DNA of 64,000 bases, taken from a virus. Positions 38,025 through 47,238 of this stretch are shown here, piece by piece. Location: positions 1 to 64,000 of the IMG/VR virus record IMGVR_UViG_3300007623_000006, one strand, 5' to 3'. Under the pieces are notes generated by a model that was given only the letters and a program-made list of their open reading frames with translations, searched no databases and had not been told where the DNA came from. A program made the position numbers and the translations under genes. Numbering within the stretch: position 1 is the stretch's first letter; each line of letters starts with the position of its first letter.

Positions 38025-39377
38025 ATGTTATTAACTGAAAAGTTCGAAAAAGAATTATTAAGTGAAAAATACGCTCCTATATCAAGAAATGATATGAGCA
38101 CAATGGCACTTATTTTAGAAAACCAAGAAAAGGCAATTGAAACTATGGTATCAGAAGGTACAGTAGCTTCAGATATTCAAGGATTTACAAATATCCTTTT
38201 ACCATTAACAAGAAGAGTATACGCAAAATTAATTGCTAATGAGTTATTAGGTGTACAACCAATGACTGGTCCTACTGGATTCATCTATGCTATGAAATAT
38301 AGATATACTGGTACTTCACACTTAGTTGATGGTGAAGTTAATATTGCACCTGCTAACAGAGGTCAAATTTTAGTTGTTGATAATGTTGCTGGATTAGTTA
38401 AAGGTACTAACTTAACTGGTTCTGGAGACAATGGTGCTTATGATGTTACTATTGCATATGTTGAAGGTAACAAAGTTTTAGTTAAACATAACGATGGTGC
38501 GTCTCAATCTGCTACAGTTATTCCAGGTGATACTTTCACTGTTGGTGAAGCAACTGTTACTGTTTCTTCTGCATTCTCTAACGAAGCAGGATTCAAACAA
38601 ATCTTAAAGAACTACACTGGACCTGTATCAACTGCAGCTGGTGAAAGATTAGCTGGTGATATGGCTGAAGTTGGTTTCACAATCGAAAGAAAATCTATCG
38701 AAGCGAAAACTAGAAAATTAAAAGGTGAGTACACTTTAGAAATGTACCAAGACTTAAAAGCTCAACACGGTATGAATGCTGATGATGAAATTATGTCTTT
38801 AATGTCTCAAGAAATGATGATGGAAATGCATAGAGAGATTGTTGATTTTGTTAACGGTCAAGCTACACAAACTCCAGACTTAAACATCAAAGATGCTGAT
38901 GGTAGATGGGAAATTGAAAAATACAGAATGTTAGCAATCAGAATTGCTAATGAAGCTAGAGAAATCGGAAGATTAACTAGAAAAGGTGCTGGTAATATCT
39001 TATTAGTATCACCAAAAGTTGCTGTTGCTTTAGAAACTTTAGGTTCATTCACAAGTGCACCAGTTGCATCTGATGTTGATGGTGTATCTGCAGGTGTTGT
39101 AGTTGCTGGAACATTTGATTCAAGATTCAAAGTAGTTGTAGACCAATTTGCTGATTCTGAGTACTGTACAGTACTTTACAAAGGTCAAGACAGAAGAGAT
39201 GCTATGGGATTCTTTGCTCCATATGTACCTGCTGCATTCCAAAAAGTTTCACATGAAATGAGTGGTCAACCAGCGATTATCTTAACTCAAAGATATGGTT
39301 TAGATACTAATCCATTAAATCCTGAGCACTACGCAAGAAGTTTCGCAGTTAACTTTAACAACACAATCTTAGGATAA
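38025..39377 (+). CDS. Major capsid protein gp23
   Basis: LENQ, GVQPMTGPTGFIYAM, AKTRKLK..YT.E..QDLKA.HG, FFAPY, RYGL..NP. Confidence 0.96.
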   Translation: MLLTEKFEKELLSEKYAPISRNDMSTMALILENQEKAIETMVSEGTVASDIQGFTNILLPLTRRVYAKLIANELLGVQPMTGPTGFIYAMKYRYTGTSHLVDGEVNIAPANRGQILVVDNVAGLVKGTNLTGSGDNGAYDVTIAYVEGNKVLVKHNDGASQSATVIPGDTFTVGEATVTVSSAFSNEAGFKQILKNYTGPVSTAAGERLAGDMAEVGFTIERKSIEAKTRKLKGEYTLEMYQDLKAQHGMNADDEIMSLMSQEMMMEMHREIVDFVNGQATQTPDLNIKDADGRWEIEKYRMLAIRIANEAREIGRLTRKGAGNILLVSPKVAVALETLGSFTSAPVASDVDGVSAGVVVAGTFDSRFKVVVDQFADSEYCTVLYKGQDRRDAMGFFAPYVPAAFQKVSHEMSGQPAIILTQRYGLDTNPLNPEHYARSFAVNFNNTILG

Positions 39378-39411
39378 TCTCCTAAGACTGTTTAGTTTAA
39401 AAACTGTCCTC

Positions 39412-39445
39412 AAAAAGTAAGTCATTTTAGACTTACTTTTTTTTT
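39412..39445 (+). terminator. Rho-independent terminator after gp23
   Basis: AAAAGTAAGTC-ATTTTA-GACTTACTTTT followed by a T run. Confidence 0.8.
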
Positions 39446-39472
39446 GCTCAAATTTTTCCAATTCAACTCTTT

Positions 39473-39502
39473 CTAAGCTATTTTGTAGTATACTTATAAA
39501 TA
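39473..39502 (+). promoter_or_regulatory. Early-type promoter variant CTAAGC-N10-TATACT adjoining late promoter TATAAATA
   Basis: Both motifs upstream of 39522. Confidence 0.5.
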
Positions 39503-39521
39503 AATTAAAAGGAAACTTACT

Positions 39522-39755
39522 ATGAAATTCACTGAAATTGTAAATGAATCATACTCAAAATCACAAGGATATAATAAAGCAGACGCTGCTATTAACACAT
39601 TAGTTAATTTATTAGACCCTAACAGTACATTATGTAAAAATATATCAAAAGAAATGGGTGAAGGATACAAAAAAGACTTTAAAGAAATGTATGAAAAAAT
39701 TGAAGACATTTACACTATATGGTCTGAAATTGATATGGATATTTCACATCAATAA
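39522..39755 (+). CDS. Hypothetical protein
   Basis: AAGGA SD; MKFTEIVNES N-terminus typical of T4-like internal head proteins. Confidence 0.65.
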   Translation: MKFTEIVNESYSKSQGYNKADAAINTLVNLLDPNSTLCKNISKEMGEGYKKDFKEMYEKIEDIYTIWSEIDMDISHQ

Positions 39756-39758
39756 AAA

Positions 39759-39780
39759 TTAAGTAAAAAAATATTATAAT
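39759..39780 (+). promoter_or_regulatory. Early promoter TTAAGT-N10-TATAAT
   Basis: Exact motif. Confidence 0.7.
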
Positions 39781-39807
39781 TATCCTAAATAAAAATTAGG
39801 AGTTATA

Positions 39808-40005
39808 ATGCTTACAAATGATGAAAGAACACAAATTGAAGAATTTGTGAAATTACTAAACAACTCACCTTGGAATGTAGACAATAAAATTGATGTATAT
39901 AAAGTTACAGAGATTGCTATTATCGAAGGTGTTGATGTAGTACTTGACAGATATAGAGAAGAGGACTTACAAAAGGAACAAGAGTATATAGATGCTCAAT
40001 CATAA
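39808..40005 (+). CDS. Hypothetical protein
   Basis: AGGAG SD. Confidence 0.65.
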   Translation: MLTNDERTQIEEFVKLLNNSPWNVDNKIDVYKVTEIAIIEGVDVVLDRYREEDLQKEQEYIDAQS

Positions 40006-40014
40006 AGGAAAGAA

Positions 40015-41334
40015 GTGTTAACAGAACATCAACAAGATATTTTTAATAATATTATACAAGATATTGAAACCATTGTATCACAAGGTGGACAATGGGATAA
40101 TGTTGTATCTTTAATTGGTGCTGCTGGTGTAGGAAAGACATTTAGTACAGTACAAATTATAAAGAAACTAATAAAAAATAATAGAAAAGTTATGTTTACA
40201 ACTCCGACACATAAAGCATTAAAAGTTGCTAAAGATATGATGGAGAATGAAGGTATACAGATTGACTGTAGTACAATACATTCTTTTCTTAACTTAAAAC
40301 TTAAACCAAACTTTGATAATGGACTACAAGAGTTAATAGCAGAAGAATTTAATAAAAACAAAAAAAGATGTGATGTTCTTATTGTAGATGAAAGTTCTAT
40401 GGTAAGTGCTGAATTATTTGCACATATTGAACAGTCTATTAGATACAGAAGAGCAAAAGTGGTATTATTTGTAGGTGACTATTTCCAACTTCCTCCAGTT
40501 GATGGTGAGGTTAACCCAGTATTTGAAATGAAATCACAATATGAGTTAACTGAAATTGTAAGACAAGCAAAAGACAATCCTATTATAACACTTGCTACAG
40601 ATATAAGAAATAGAATTGAAACTCAAGATTTTATACCAATCAATGATATAGTTCAAAAACATAAATGTGATGTTATACAAGTTATACCAGATGGAAATAA
40701 TTTTATGAAAGATTATTTTTCTAATGAAGATGGTCCTTGGTATGAAAATGATACTATAATTGGTGCTTACACAAATGGTACAGTAGATGCTTATAATAGA
40801 GCAGTAAGAAAAAAGTACTGGAACGACCAAGGTGTAACTGAATTTGAGTATTTAAGAGAAGGTGACACTGTAATATTCCAAGAACCACATATAGAAGATG
40901 ATGTTGTTATACACGCAAACAATGATATAGTTAAGTTAGAAAGTGCCAAAAAGTTACTAGATGAAAATATATATTGTTGGTATTGGGAATGTGTAGACGA
41001 GGAAGGTGATAAATTTAAAGTTATTGACCCTATCAGTACACAAAAGTTTGAAAAGTATCTAAAATCTATTGCTGACAGTGCAAACAAAGCAAGTAAAGGT
41101 TATGATAAGAAAATATTATGGCAAAAGTATTATCAAGAAAAAAGTGAATATCAAACTATAAAATATGCATTTGCTAGTACAGTGCATAAGTTACAAGGAA
41201 GTACATTTGAGACTGCATATATAGATATGAGAGAAATGAAAAAATATTATGAGTTTCAGGAACCTGAATTTATATATAGACTTATGTATGTAGCAGTAAC
41301 AAGAGCAAGTAAAGATATAAAAATATTAATTTAA
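40015..41334 (+). CDS. dda: Dda-like SF1B DNA helicase
   Basis: LTEHQ, GAAGVGKT, PTHKA, STIHS, VDESSM, GD..QLPPV, STVHKLQGST, YVAVTRA. Confidence 0.92.
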   Translation: MLTEHQQDIFNNIIQDIETIVSQGGQWDNVVSLIGAAGVGKTFSTVQIIKKLIKNNRKVMFTTPTHKALKVAKDMMENEGIQIDCSTIHSFLNLKLKPNFDNGLQELIAEEFNKNKKRCDVLIVDESSMVSAELFAHIEQSIRYRRAKVVLFVGDYFQLPPVDGEVNPVFEMKSQYELTEIVRQAKDNPIITLATDIRNRIETQDFIPINDIVQKHKCDVIQVIPDGNNFMKDYFSNEDGPWYENDTIIGAYTNGTVDAYNRAVRKKYWNDQGVTEFEYLREGDTVIFQEPHIEDDVVIHANNDIVKLESAKKLLDENIYCWYWECVDEEGDKFKVIDPISTQKFEKYLKSIADSANKASKGYDKKILWQKYYQEKSEYQTIKYAFASTVHKLQGSTFETAYIDMREMKKYYEFQEPEFIYRLMYVAVTRASKDIKILI

Positions 41335-41342
41335 GGTTATAA

Positions 41343-41786
41343 ATGGACAAGTGGGATGAAAGATATTTTAATATAGCAAAAGAAACTGCTAGATGGTCAA
41401 AGGACCCTAGTAGAAAGATAGGTGCTGTTATTATAGGTAGTATGGGGCAAATTAAATCTCAAGGATACAATGGTTTTCCTAGAGGTGTGGACGACTCAGA
41501 TGAAAGATATAACGATAGACCAACAAAATACAAATATGTAGTACATGCTGAAGCAAACGCAGTATATAATGCACTTCATAATGGGGCAAATGTTAATGGT
41601 GATACTCTTTATGTAACTGGGTTACCAGTATGTCATGAATGTGCTAAAGCGATTATACAAAGTGGAATTAAACACATAAAATATGATACTGCTATTTTAC
41701 CAGATGATAGTTGGAGTGATAGTTGTAATTTAGCATTAAGTATGTTTAATGAATCAGGTGTTAGTTATGAACTTGTCCATAATTAA
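41343..41786 (+). CDS. cd: dCMP deaminase
   Basis: SKDP, GYNGFP, HAEANA, VCHECAK. Confidence 0.92.
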   Translation: MDKWDERYFNIAKETARWSKDPSRKIGAVIIGSMGQIKSQGYNGFPRGVDDSDERYNDRPTKYKYVVHAEANAVYNALHNGANVNGDTLYVTGLPVCHECAKAIIQSGIKHIKYDTAILPDDSWSDSCNLALSMFNESGVSYELVHN

Positions 41787-41804
41787 TCTTTTTGGTAGTA
41801 TAAT
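41783..41804 (+). promoter_or_regulatory. Early promoter variant TTAATC-N10-TATAAT
   Basis: Consensus spacing, upstream of the polymerase operon. Confidence 0.55.
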
Positions 41805-41835
41805 ATGAATATAAAAAATAAAAAGAGAAATTAAT

Positions 41836-42108
41836 ATGAACAATGACACAAAGATAATTTATTCTGCAATGAAAGAATGTTACGATAACGATATAGAAGT
41901 TTTTGAGCAATGTCAGTATGTTGGTGATGATGAAAATGATGTTTATGTAGATATAAAACTAAACAAAGTTTTTTTTAATATGCTTAAAGAAAGATTAAGT
42001 GTAGACGAGAATTACATTAATACTTGCGTTAGTAACATAGTATTAAACGACTTAGCTGATATGATAGTAGTAGACAATGTACCAAAGGAAATATGTGAAG
42101 CAATATGA
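41836..42108 (+). CDS. Hypothetical protein
   Basis: ORF overlapping the polymerase start. Confidence 0.6.
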   Translation: MNNDTKIIYSAMKECYDNDIEVFEQCQYVGDDENDVYVDIKLNKVFFNMLKERLSVDENYINTCVSNIVLNDLADMIVVDNVPKEICEAI

Positions 42109-43129
42109 GAATATATTTAGTGTAAAATCAGATGTATATGAAAGATTATTTGATACAGAAACAAAAAAATCTGAATATAACAAAATAGAACTTAAACCTA
42201 GTGTTTATGTTAAAGGTAGTGGTGAATATAGATATTTTCTTGATAAATCTGTAACATTACAAGAAAAGAAATTTGACGATGTCCAAGGTATGAATGCTTG
42301 GTGTAAAAGTATGGATGATATGGGTATGGAGTACTATGGTAAAACTACACCTAAATATCAATATTTAAAAGACACATATTATTTTGATAAAGATAAACAA
42401 TATGTTAACAATGACCATGATATGCGAACTTGGTATATAGATATTGAGGTTAGTCAAGAGTTTGGATTTCCATTTCCTAATGAAGCAAAAGCACCTGTTA
42501 CACTTATACAACTTTATGATTCTTTTGATGACAAGTATTATGTTATTGGATATGAAGATATTGAAGGACATGAAAACCCTAAAGATTTAGCTAGAGTTAA
42601 AGAGTATAATAGTAAATATGAATTTCCTGACAAAACTACATATTTAAGAGTATCTGATGAAATTGAAATGTACAGATATTTTATGAAACTTATTAAAGCT
42701 AAAAATCCTGCTATTATGACTGCTTGGAATGGGGAACTGTTTGACTTTCCATATTTAGTTAATAGAGCAAAAAATATTGGGTTAAATGCTAATGATTTAT
42801 CACCTGTACAGTATTGTAAATGTGAATATAAAAAAATTGGTAATAGTGATGTTTATAACACAACTATAGGTGGTGTATACTTACTAGACCTTATGGAGCT
42901 TTACAAGAAGTTTATCTTTACACCACAAACTAGTTATTCATTGAACAACATTGCGTCGGTTGAGTTAGGTAGTGAAAAAGTATTATATGAAGAATACTCT
43001 AACTTAGATGAACTAATGAACGGAAATATAGACAATTATAACAAGAGTGGCAATGACGAAGTAATGGATAGTTTATATGATGAAATATGTGATATAGATA
43101 GAGAATTAGAAAGAAGAGGTTTATTATAA
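42095..43129 (+). CDS. DNA polymerase gp43, N-terminal fragment (N domain plus ExoI/ExoII)
   Basis: YIDIEV, AWNGELFDFPYL.NR, LDLMELYKK, SYSL..IA..ELG; GTG 42095 with AAGGA SD preferred over ATG 42077. Confidence 0.9.
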   Translation: MKQYENIFSVKSDVYERLFDTETKKSEYNKIELKPSVYVKGSGEYRYFLDKSVTLQEKKFDDVQGMNAWCKSMDDMGMEYYGKTTPKYQYLKDTYYFDKDKQYVNNDHDMRTWYIDIEVSQEFGFPFPNEAKAPVTLIQLYDSFDDKYYVIGYEDIEGHENPKDLARVKEYNSKYEFPDKTTYLRVSDEIEMYRYFMKLIKAKNPAIMTAWNGELFDFPYLVNRAKNIGLNANDLSPVQYCKCEYKKIGNSDVYNTTIGGVYLLDLMELYKKFIFTPQTSYSLNNIASVELGSEKVLYEEYSNLDELMNGNIDNYNKSGNDEVMDSLYDEICDIDRELERRGLL

Positions 43130-43162
43130 ACATACTAAGTACAAATTACACATCTATAATAC

Positions 43163-43198
43163 CATACTATAAATATACATAAAAAGGTATACAGTATG
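43163..43198 (+). promoter_or_regulatory. Late promoter (TATAAATA 43168-43175) embedded in a hairpin that covers the SD/AUG of the GIY-YIG gene
   Basis: CATACT(43163-68)/AGTATG(43193-98) and TATAC/GTATA pairing. Confidence 0.6.
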
Positions 43199-43903
43199 AT
43201 TAAAATATACAAAATAACAAATCATAAAAATGGAAAATTGTACTTTGGTATAACCAAACAAGAACTTAATGATAGATTTAACCAACATTATTACAAAAAA
43301 ACTAGTCATATATCTACTGCTATGAGAAAATATGGTAGAGAAAATTTTAGTATAGAACTTATAGATGAAACTGATACTAAAGAAAAAGCGGGTAAAATTG
43401 AGAAAACCTTAATAGAAGAGTATAATACTAGAGATAGAAAAATTGGGTATAATAAACAAAAAGGTGGACAGTATACTGAACCTGATAAACATCCAAATAG
43501 AATAGGTATGTTAGGGAAAAAACATACAAATGAATCAAAAAAACTTATGTCTATCAATCATGCAGATGTATCTAAAGAAAAAAACCCTTTTTATGGAAAA
43601 AATCATAGCAATGAAACTAAGAAAAAAATATCAAATTCAAATAAAGGTATAAAACGAACAAATGAGTTTAAAAAACAAAGAAGTGAACGATATTTAGGTA
43701 AAAATAATCCAAACTCTAAAGTAATAATTTTGTATAATAATAAAGATGAAATTATAGATATTATAGAGGGTGGAATAAGAAGTTACTTAAAAGATAATAA
43801 ATTACCACCATCATTAGAAAAAACTTATAGACACAACACAACTATTAAAAACGGTGATTATGTTGGATGGTATTGTAGAATAAAGGAAAAAAATGGATTA
43901 TAG
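43196..43903 (+). mobile_element. GIY-YIG homing endonuclease with NUMOD3 motifs inserted in gene 43
   Basis: IYKITN..NGKLYFGIT..RFNQH, KYGRENF, GYN; GKKHTNESK..MS, NPFYGKNHSNETKKKIS. Confidence 0.9.
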
Positions 43904-45881
43904 TCAACTTACAGATGAACAATTGTTAAAGTTAAAAGAAGAGAAAACAAACGAATTTAAGAAACTATCTTATATAAAATTTACCCGATATGGTATCATT
44001 GATGTACAACTTATTAAGGAAATTGACGAGAAACTGAACTTAATTAACCTTGTTAAATCGATTGCATATAAAATGGGTATTTGTTTAGATGATGCTCTTG
44101 GTACAGTTAAACCTTGGGGTACATATATTACAAACATTGCATATTCTTTAGGATTTATACTTCCAAATGATGGTTCTTTTGCTGGTGGTGACGCTGGTAT
44201 TAAAGGTGCTTGGGTTGCTGACCCTGAAGTAGGAAAACACAATTGGATTGTATCATTTGACTGGGCATCTCTATATCCTTCAATTATTAGATGGAACAAT
44301 TTTTCACCTGAAACATACATTAATTCAAGTGAGTTGCCGCAAGAGTTAAAGGAAATTAGACAGAAAGTATTTGTAGATAATGAAGATTTATTAATTGGTA
44401 AAGTCGACGAAATAATTGAAAAAGTTACACCTGTATTAGAAAAATATAATGTGTCTGCTGGTATAAATGGTTCTTTTTATAAAAGAGATGAAGTTGGGTT
44501 AATTCCACAGTTGATTAAACAATTGTATGCAGAAAGAAAATCTGATAAAAAACAAATGTTTGTACATACACAAAAAATACAAGATTTAAAGAATAACGGT
44601 GGTACTGAAGCAGAAATAAAAGAGCAAGAAAACTTAGAAGCATTTTGGGATACTGCTCAAATGACAAAGAAAATCTTACTTAACTCACTTTATGGTGCAC
44701 TAGGTAATAAGTACTTTGTATTATTCAACAATGAGATTGCTGCTGCGATTACAGGTAATGGTAGATTTACTAATAAAAGTATGGCAATTGCTGTAGATAA
44801 TATGTTAAAGCAAAAGGTACCAAGTAAAAATCCTTATTTAGTGTATGGTGATACTGATTCATTTTACTTAACTATTGATGAATTTGTTAAAGCAAAAGAG
44901 TCTAAAGTTGAAATGAGTTTTGAGGATAAGATTAATTTCTGTGACAATGTATGTGAAAAAATTATTCAACCATATGTTAATGATATGACACATAAGATTG
45001 GTAAATCTTTAAATGTACTTGAAGCTGATGCTATGGCAATGGATAGAGAGATTATTGCTGATAGTGGTATTTTCATTGCTAAAAAAAGATATATTGCTAG
45101 AGTACTTGATAATGAAGGTGTTCGGTTAAAAGAGCCTAAGAAAAAAGTAATGGGTTTAGAATTAGTTAGAAGTTCAACTCCTACATTTTGTAGAAAGTAT
45201 CTTAAAGAGAGTATTGACATTCTGCTTGATGGTGATGAGTCTACATTACAAGATTGGGCAAGTGATGTTAAACAAAAATTTATGTCTGCTCCTATAGAAG
45301 ATGTTAGTAGAGTTACGGGTGTTAATAAAGTATCGTTTGACTTTAAAACTAAAGATGGTGACAGAAAATGGCCTGCTTTAAGTTTACAAGAAGAGGCAAG
45401 TCTTAAAAACTCTAAAGATGAGTATGTTATGAAAAGAATTAAATATCAAACTAAACAAATGTTTAAAGACTTTAATTCAATATATCCTGATATGAGTACA
45501 AAAGAAATAGGTTACAGATTTTACAATCACCCGCTTTATTTTGATAGTCCAGATGGTGTTGCCGAGTGTACTCCTATTGCTATTAACAGTAGGGCTGCAA
45601 CTGTACATAATATGTCTATTTTAGTAAATGATTTACAGAAGGAATATTCGTTTATTAATGAAAAAGATAAAATGAAATATTGTATTTTGAAATTACCAAA
45701 TCCTACTAACTCTGAAGTGTTTGGTTATCAAAATCCTTCTATTCTAAGTAAAGTTAGTCTTGAAAACTATATTAATAGAGATGATATGTGGGATAGATTT
45801 TTTATCCAAGCATTGGATATTATGATTGGACCTCTTAATTGGTCACATAAAAAGAAAATTACAGTAGATGAGTGGTTTTAA
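43893..45881 (+). CDS. DNA polymerase gp43, C-terminal fragment (ExoIII plus polymerase domain)
   Basis: YGIIDV (ExoIII), SFDWASLYPS, KILLNSLYG, YGDTDS, KKRY, MGLE..RSSTP. Confidence 0.93.
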   Translation: MDYSQLTDEQLLKLKEEKTNEFKKLSYIKFTRYGIIDVQLIKEIDEKLNLINLVKSIAYKMGICLDDALGTVKPWGTYITNIAYSLGFILPNDGSFAGGDAGIKGAWVADPEVGKHNWIVSFDWASLYPSIIRWNNFSPETYINSSELPQELKEIRQKVFVDNEDLLIGKVDEIIEKVTPVLEKYNVSAGINGSFYKRDEVGLIPQLIKQLYAERKSDKKQMFVHTQKIQDLKNNGGTEAEIKEQENLEAFWDTAQMTKKILLNSLYGALGNKYFVLFNNEIAAAITGNGRFTNKSMAIAVDNMLKQKVPSKNPYLVYGDTDSFYLTIDEFVKAKESKVEMSFEDKINFCDNVCEKIIQPYVNDMTHKIGKSLNVLEADAMAMDREIIADSGIFIAKKRYIARVLDNEGVRLKEPKKKVMGLELVRSSTPTFCRKYLKESIDILLDGDESTLQDWASDVKQKFMSAPIEDVSRVTGVNKVSFDFKTKDGDRKWPALSLQEEASLKNSKDEYVMKRIKYQTKQMFKDFNSIYPDMSTKEIGYRFYNHPLYFDSPDGVAECTPIAINSRAATVHNMSILVNDLQKEYSFINEKDKMKYCILKLPNPTNSEVFGYQNPSILSKVSLENYINRDDMWDRFFIQALDIMIGPLNWSHKKKITVDEWF

Positions 45882-46411
45882 ATCACTGTCTCATCTGCTT
45901 CAGGTTCTTGCACTTCTGTAGGAACCTCTATGTCTAGTGCTACATTTTCTGCATCATTTAATGATGTGATTTCTTCAATTGTATAATAATCATACACCAA
46001 CTCCATATCAAATGTAAGTTCTGTATTTTCACCTGTTGAAGAATACTGAATGTCACCTACTGCTACTGGTAAAATATTTCTATAAGTTATTTTTTGTTTT
46101 GTTTTACCAGTCGAGTCTTGTAATATAATCCATCCATCAGAAAGAGAGTCTAAATTTTTCATTGAAAGCACATCTTTAACTAAACCTGACCATATTTCCA
46201 TATCTTCGTCACATAGTATTGTAATTGTTAAAGGATTGTATTCTAGATTTCTACCTGCTGTTTTACCATTTAGCACATCATATCTACTTGGTACTTCAGA
46301 GTACCCTAATGATACACCTGGTAAGTTAACAGTTTGTACTGAATATGTAGTTTCATACCCAAATAAATCAGTTCCAAAAATTATATTACTATCTAAAGCT
46401 TGATTTGCCAT
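45878..46411 (-). CDS. Tail tube/terminator-family protein (gp3/gp19-like)
   Basis: VQTVNLPGVSLG, LEYNPLTITILCDEDM, F..ELVYDYY; late promoter TATAAATA at 46450-46457 (-). Confidence 0.7.
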   Translation of the reverse strand: MANQALDSNIIFGTDLFGYETTYSVQTVNLPGVSLGYSEVPSRYDVLNGKTAGRNLEYNPLTITILCDEDMEIWSGLVKDVLSMKNLDSLSDGWIILQDSTGKTKQKITYRNILPVAVGDIQYSSTGENTELTFDMELVYDYYTIEEITSLNDAENVALDIEVPTEVQEPEADETVI

Positions 46412-46425
46412 TATTGTTCCTAAAA

Positions 46426-46447
46426 TTAAGTAAATTTTTATTATAAT
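46426..46447 (+). promoter_or_regulatory. Early promoter TTAAGT-N10-TATAAT
   Basis: Exact motif upstream of gp55. Confidence 0.7.
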
Positions 46448-46475
46448 AGTATTTATAAAAACAAAAAGGTTATAT

Positions 46476-47237
46476 ATGGCACAAACTAATTATCTTGACA
46501 AAGAGGAACTTTTACAAGAGATAATTAATATACAAACTAACCCTAACGCCGACAAAACAAAGTTTGCTACACAATGTATGTTAATTATCAATAACTTAAA
46601 AAAGAGACCACAGTTTAGTGGTTACACATCAAATTGGACAGAAGATTATGTATCTAATTCAATATATAAAATGTTAAAATACATTCATAATTTTGACCAT
46701 ACAAGAATATCAAAAATAACAAATGAACCAGTATCACCATTTGCATATTTGACACAGATTGCAAAGGCTGCATTCTTTGAAGTAATTAACAAAAGAAAAC
46801 GAGAAGATGGTTACATAAAGGAAACTGTACAATACCAAGAACTAGAAGATTTAGTACAGCATGCTTATAGAAATATCGAAGATATAAAAACAAATGAGCA
46901 AATTGAAAGAATAAAGTTAGAAAACGAAGTTATATCTTATAACTTAAGAAAACTTGAAATTGACGGTAATAGATTTGAAACTATTAGAGATATGCTACAG
47001 TACTTATGGGACAAAGGTGAAAGAAAAATTAAAATTGAGTACCCTAAAAAATATAATATTTCACTAGAAGAGTATGATGCTATTGGTAAAATTGGACATT
47101 TTGATTATTTAAACCTAACAAAGAAAACTTATAAACAAAAGAAAAAAGAAGAAGAACCTGAGTTAGAAGACATTGAAGAATTAATTAAGACTGATATTGA
47201 TGATTGGTCGGATGACCCATTTGACTTAGAGGTATAA
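46476..47237 (+). CDS. Late-transcription sigma factor gp55
   Basis: NYLDKEEL, RPQFSGYT..W.ED, YIHNFD, PFAYLTQI...AF; precedes gp47/46. Confidence 0.88.
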   Translation: MAQTNYLDKEELLQEIINIQTNPNADKTKFATQCMLIINNLKKRPQFSGYTSNWTEDYVSNSIYKMLKYIHNFDHTRISKITNEPVSPFAYLTQIAKAAFFEVINKRKREDGYIKETVQYQELEDLVQHAYRNIEDIKTNEQIERIKLENEVISYNLRKLEIDGNRFETIRDMLQYLWDKGERKIKIEYPKKYNISLEEYDAIGKIGHFDYLNLTKKTYKQKKKEEEPELEDIEELIKTDIDDWSDDPFDLEV

Positions 47238-47238
47238 T

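Noticed and set aside
43130-43903. Group I intron or split intein in the DNA polymerase
   Set aside because: No space for an intron core around the endonuclease ORF, and no intein terminal motifs on either fragment.
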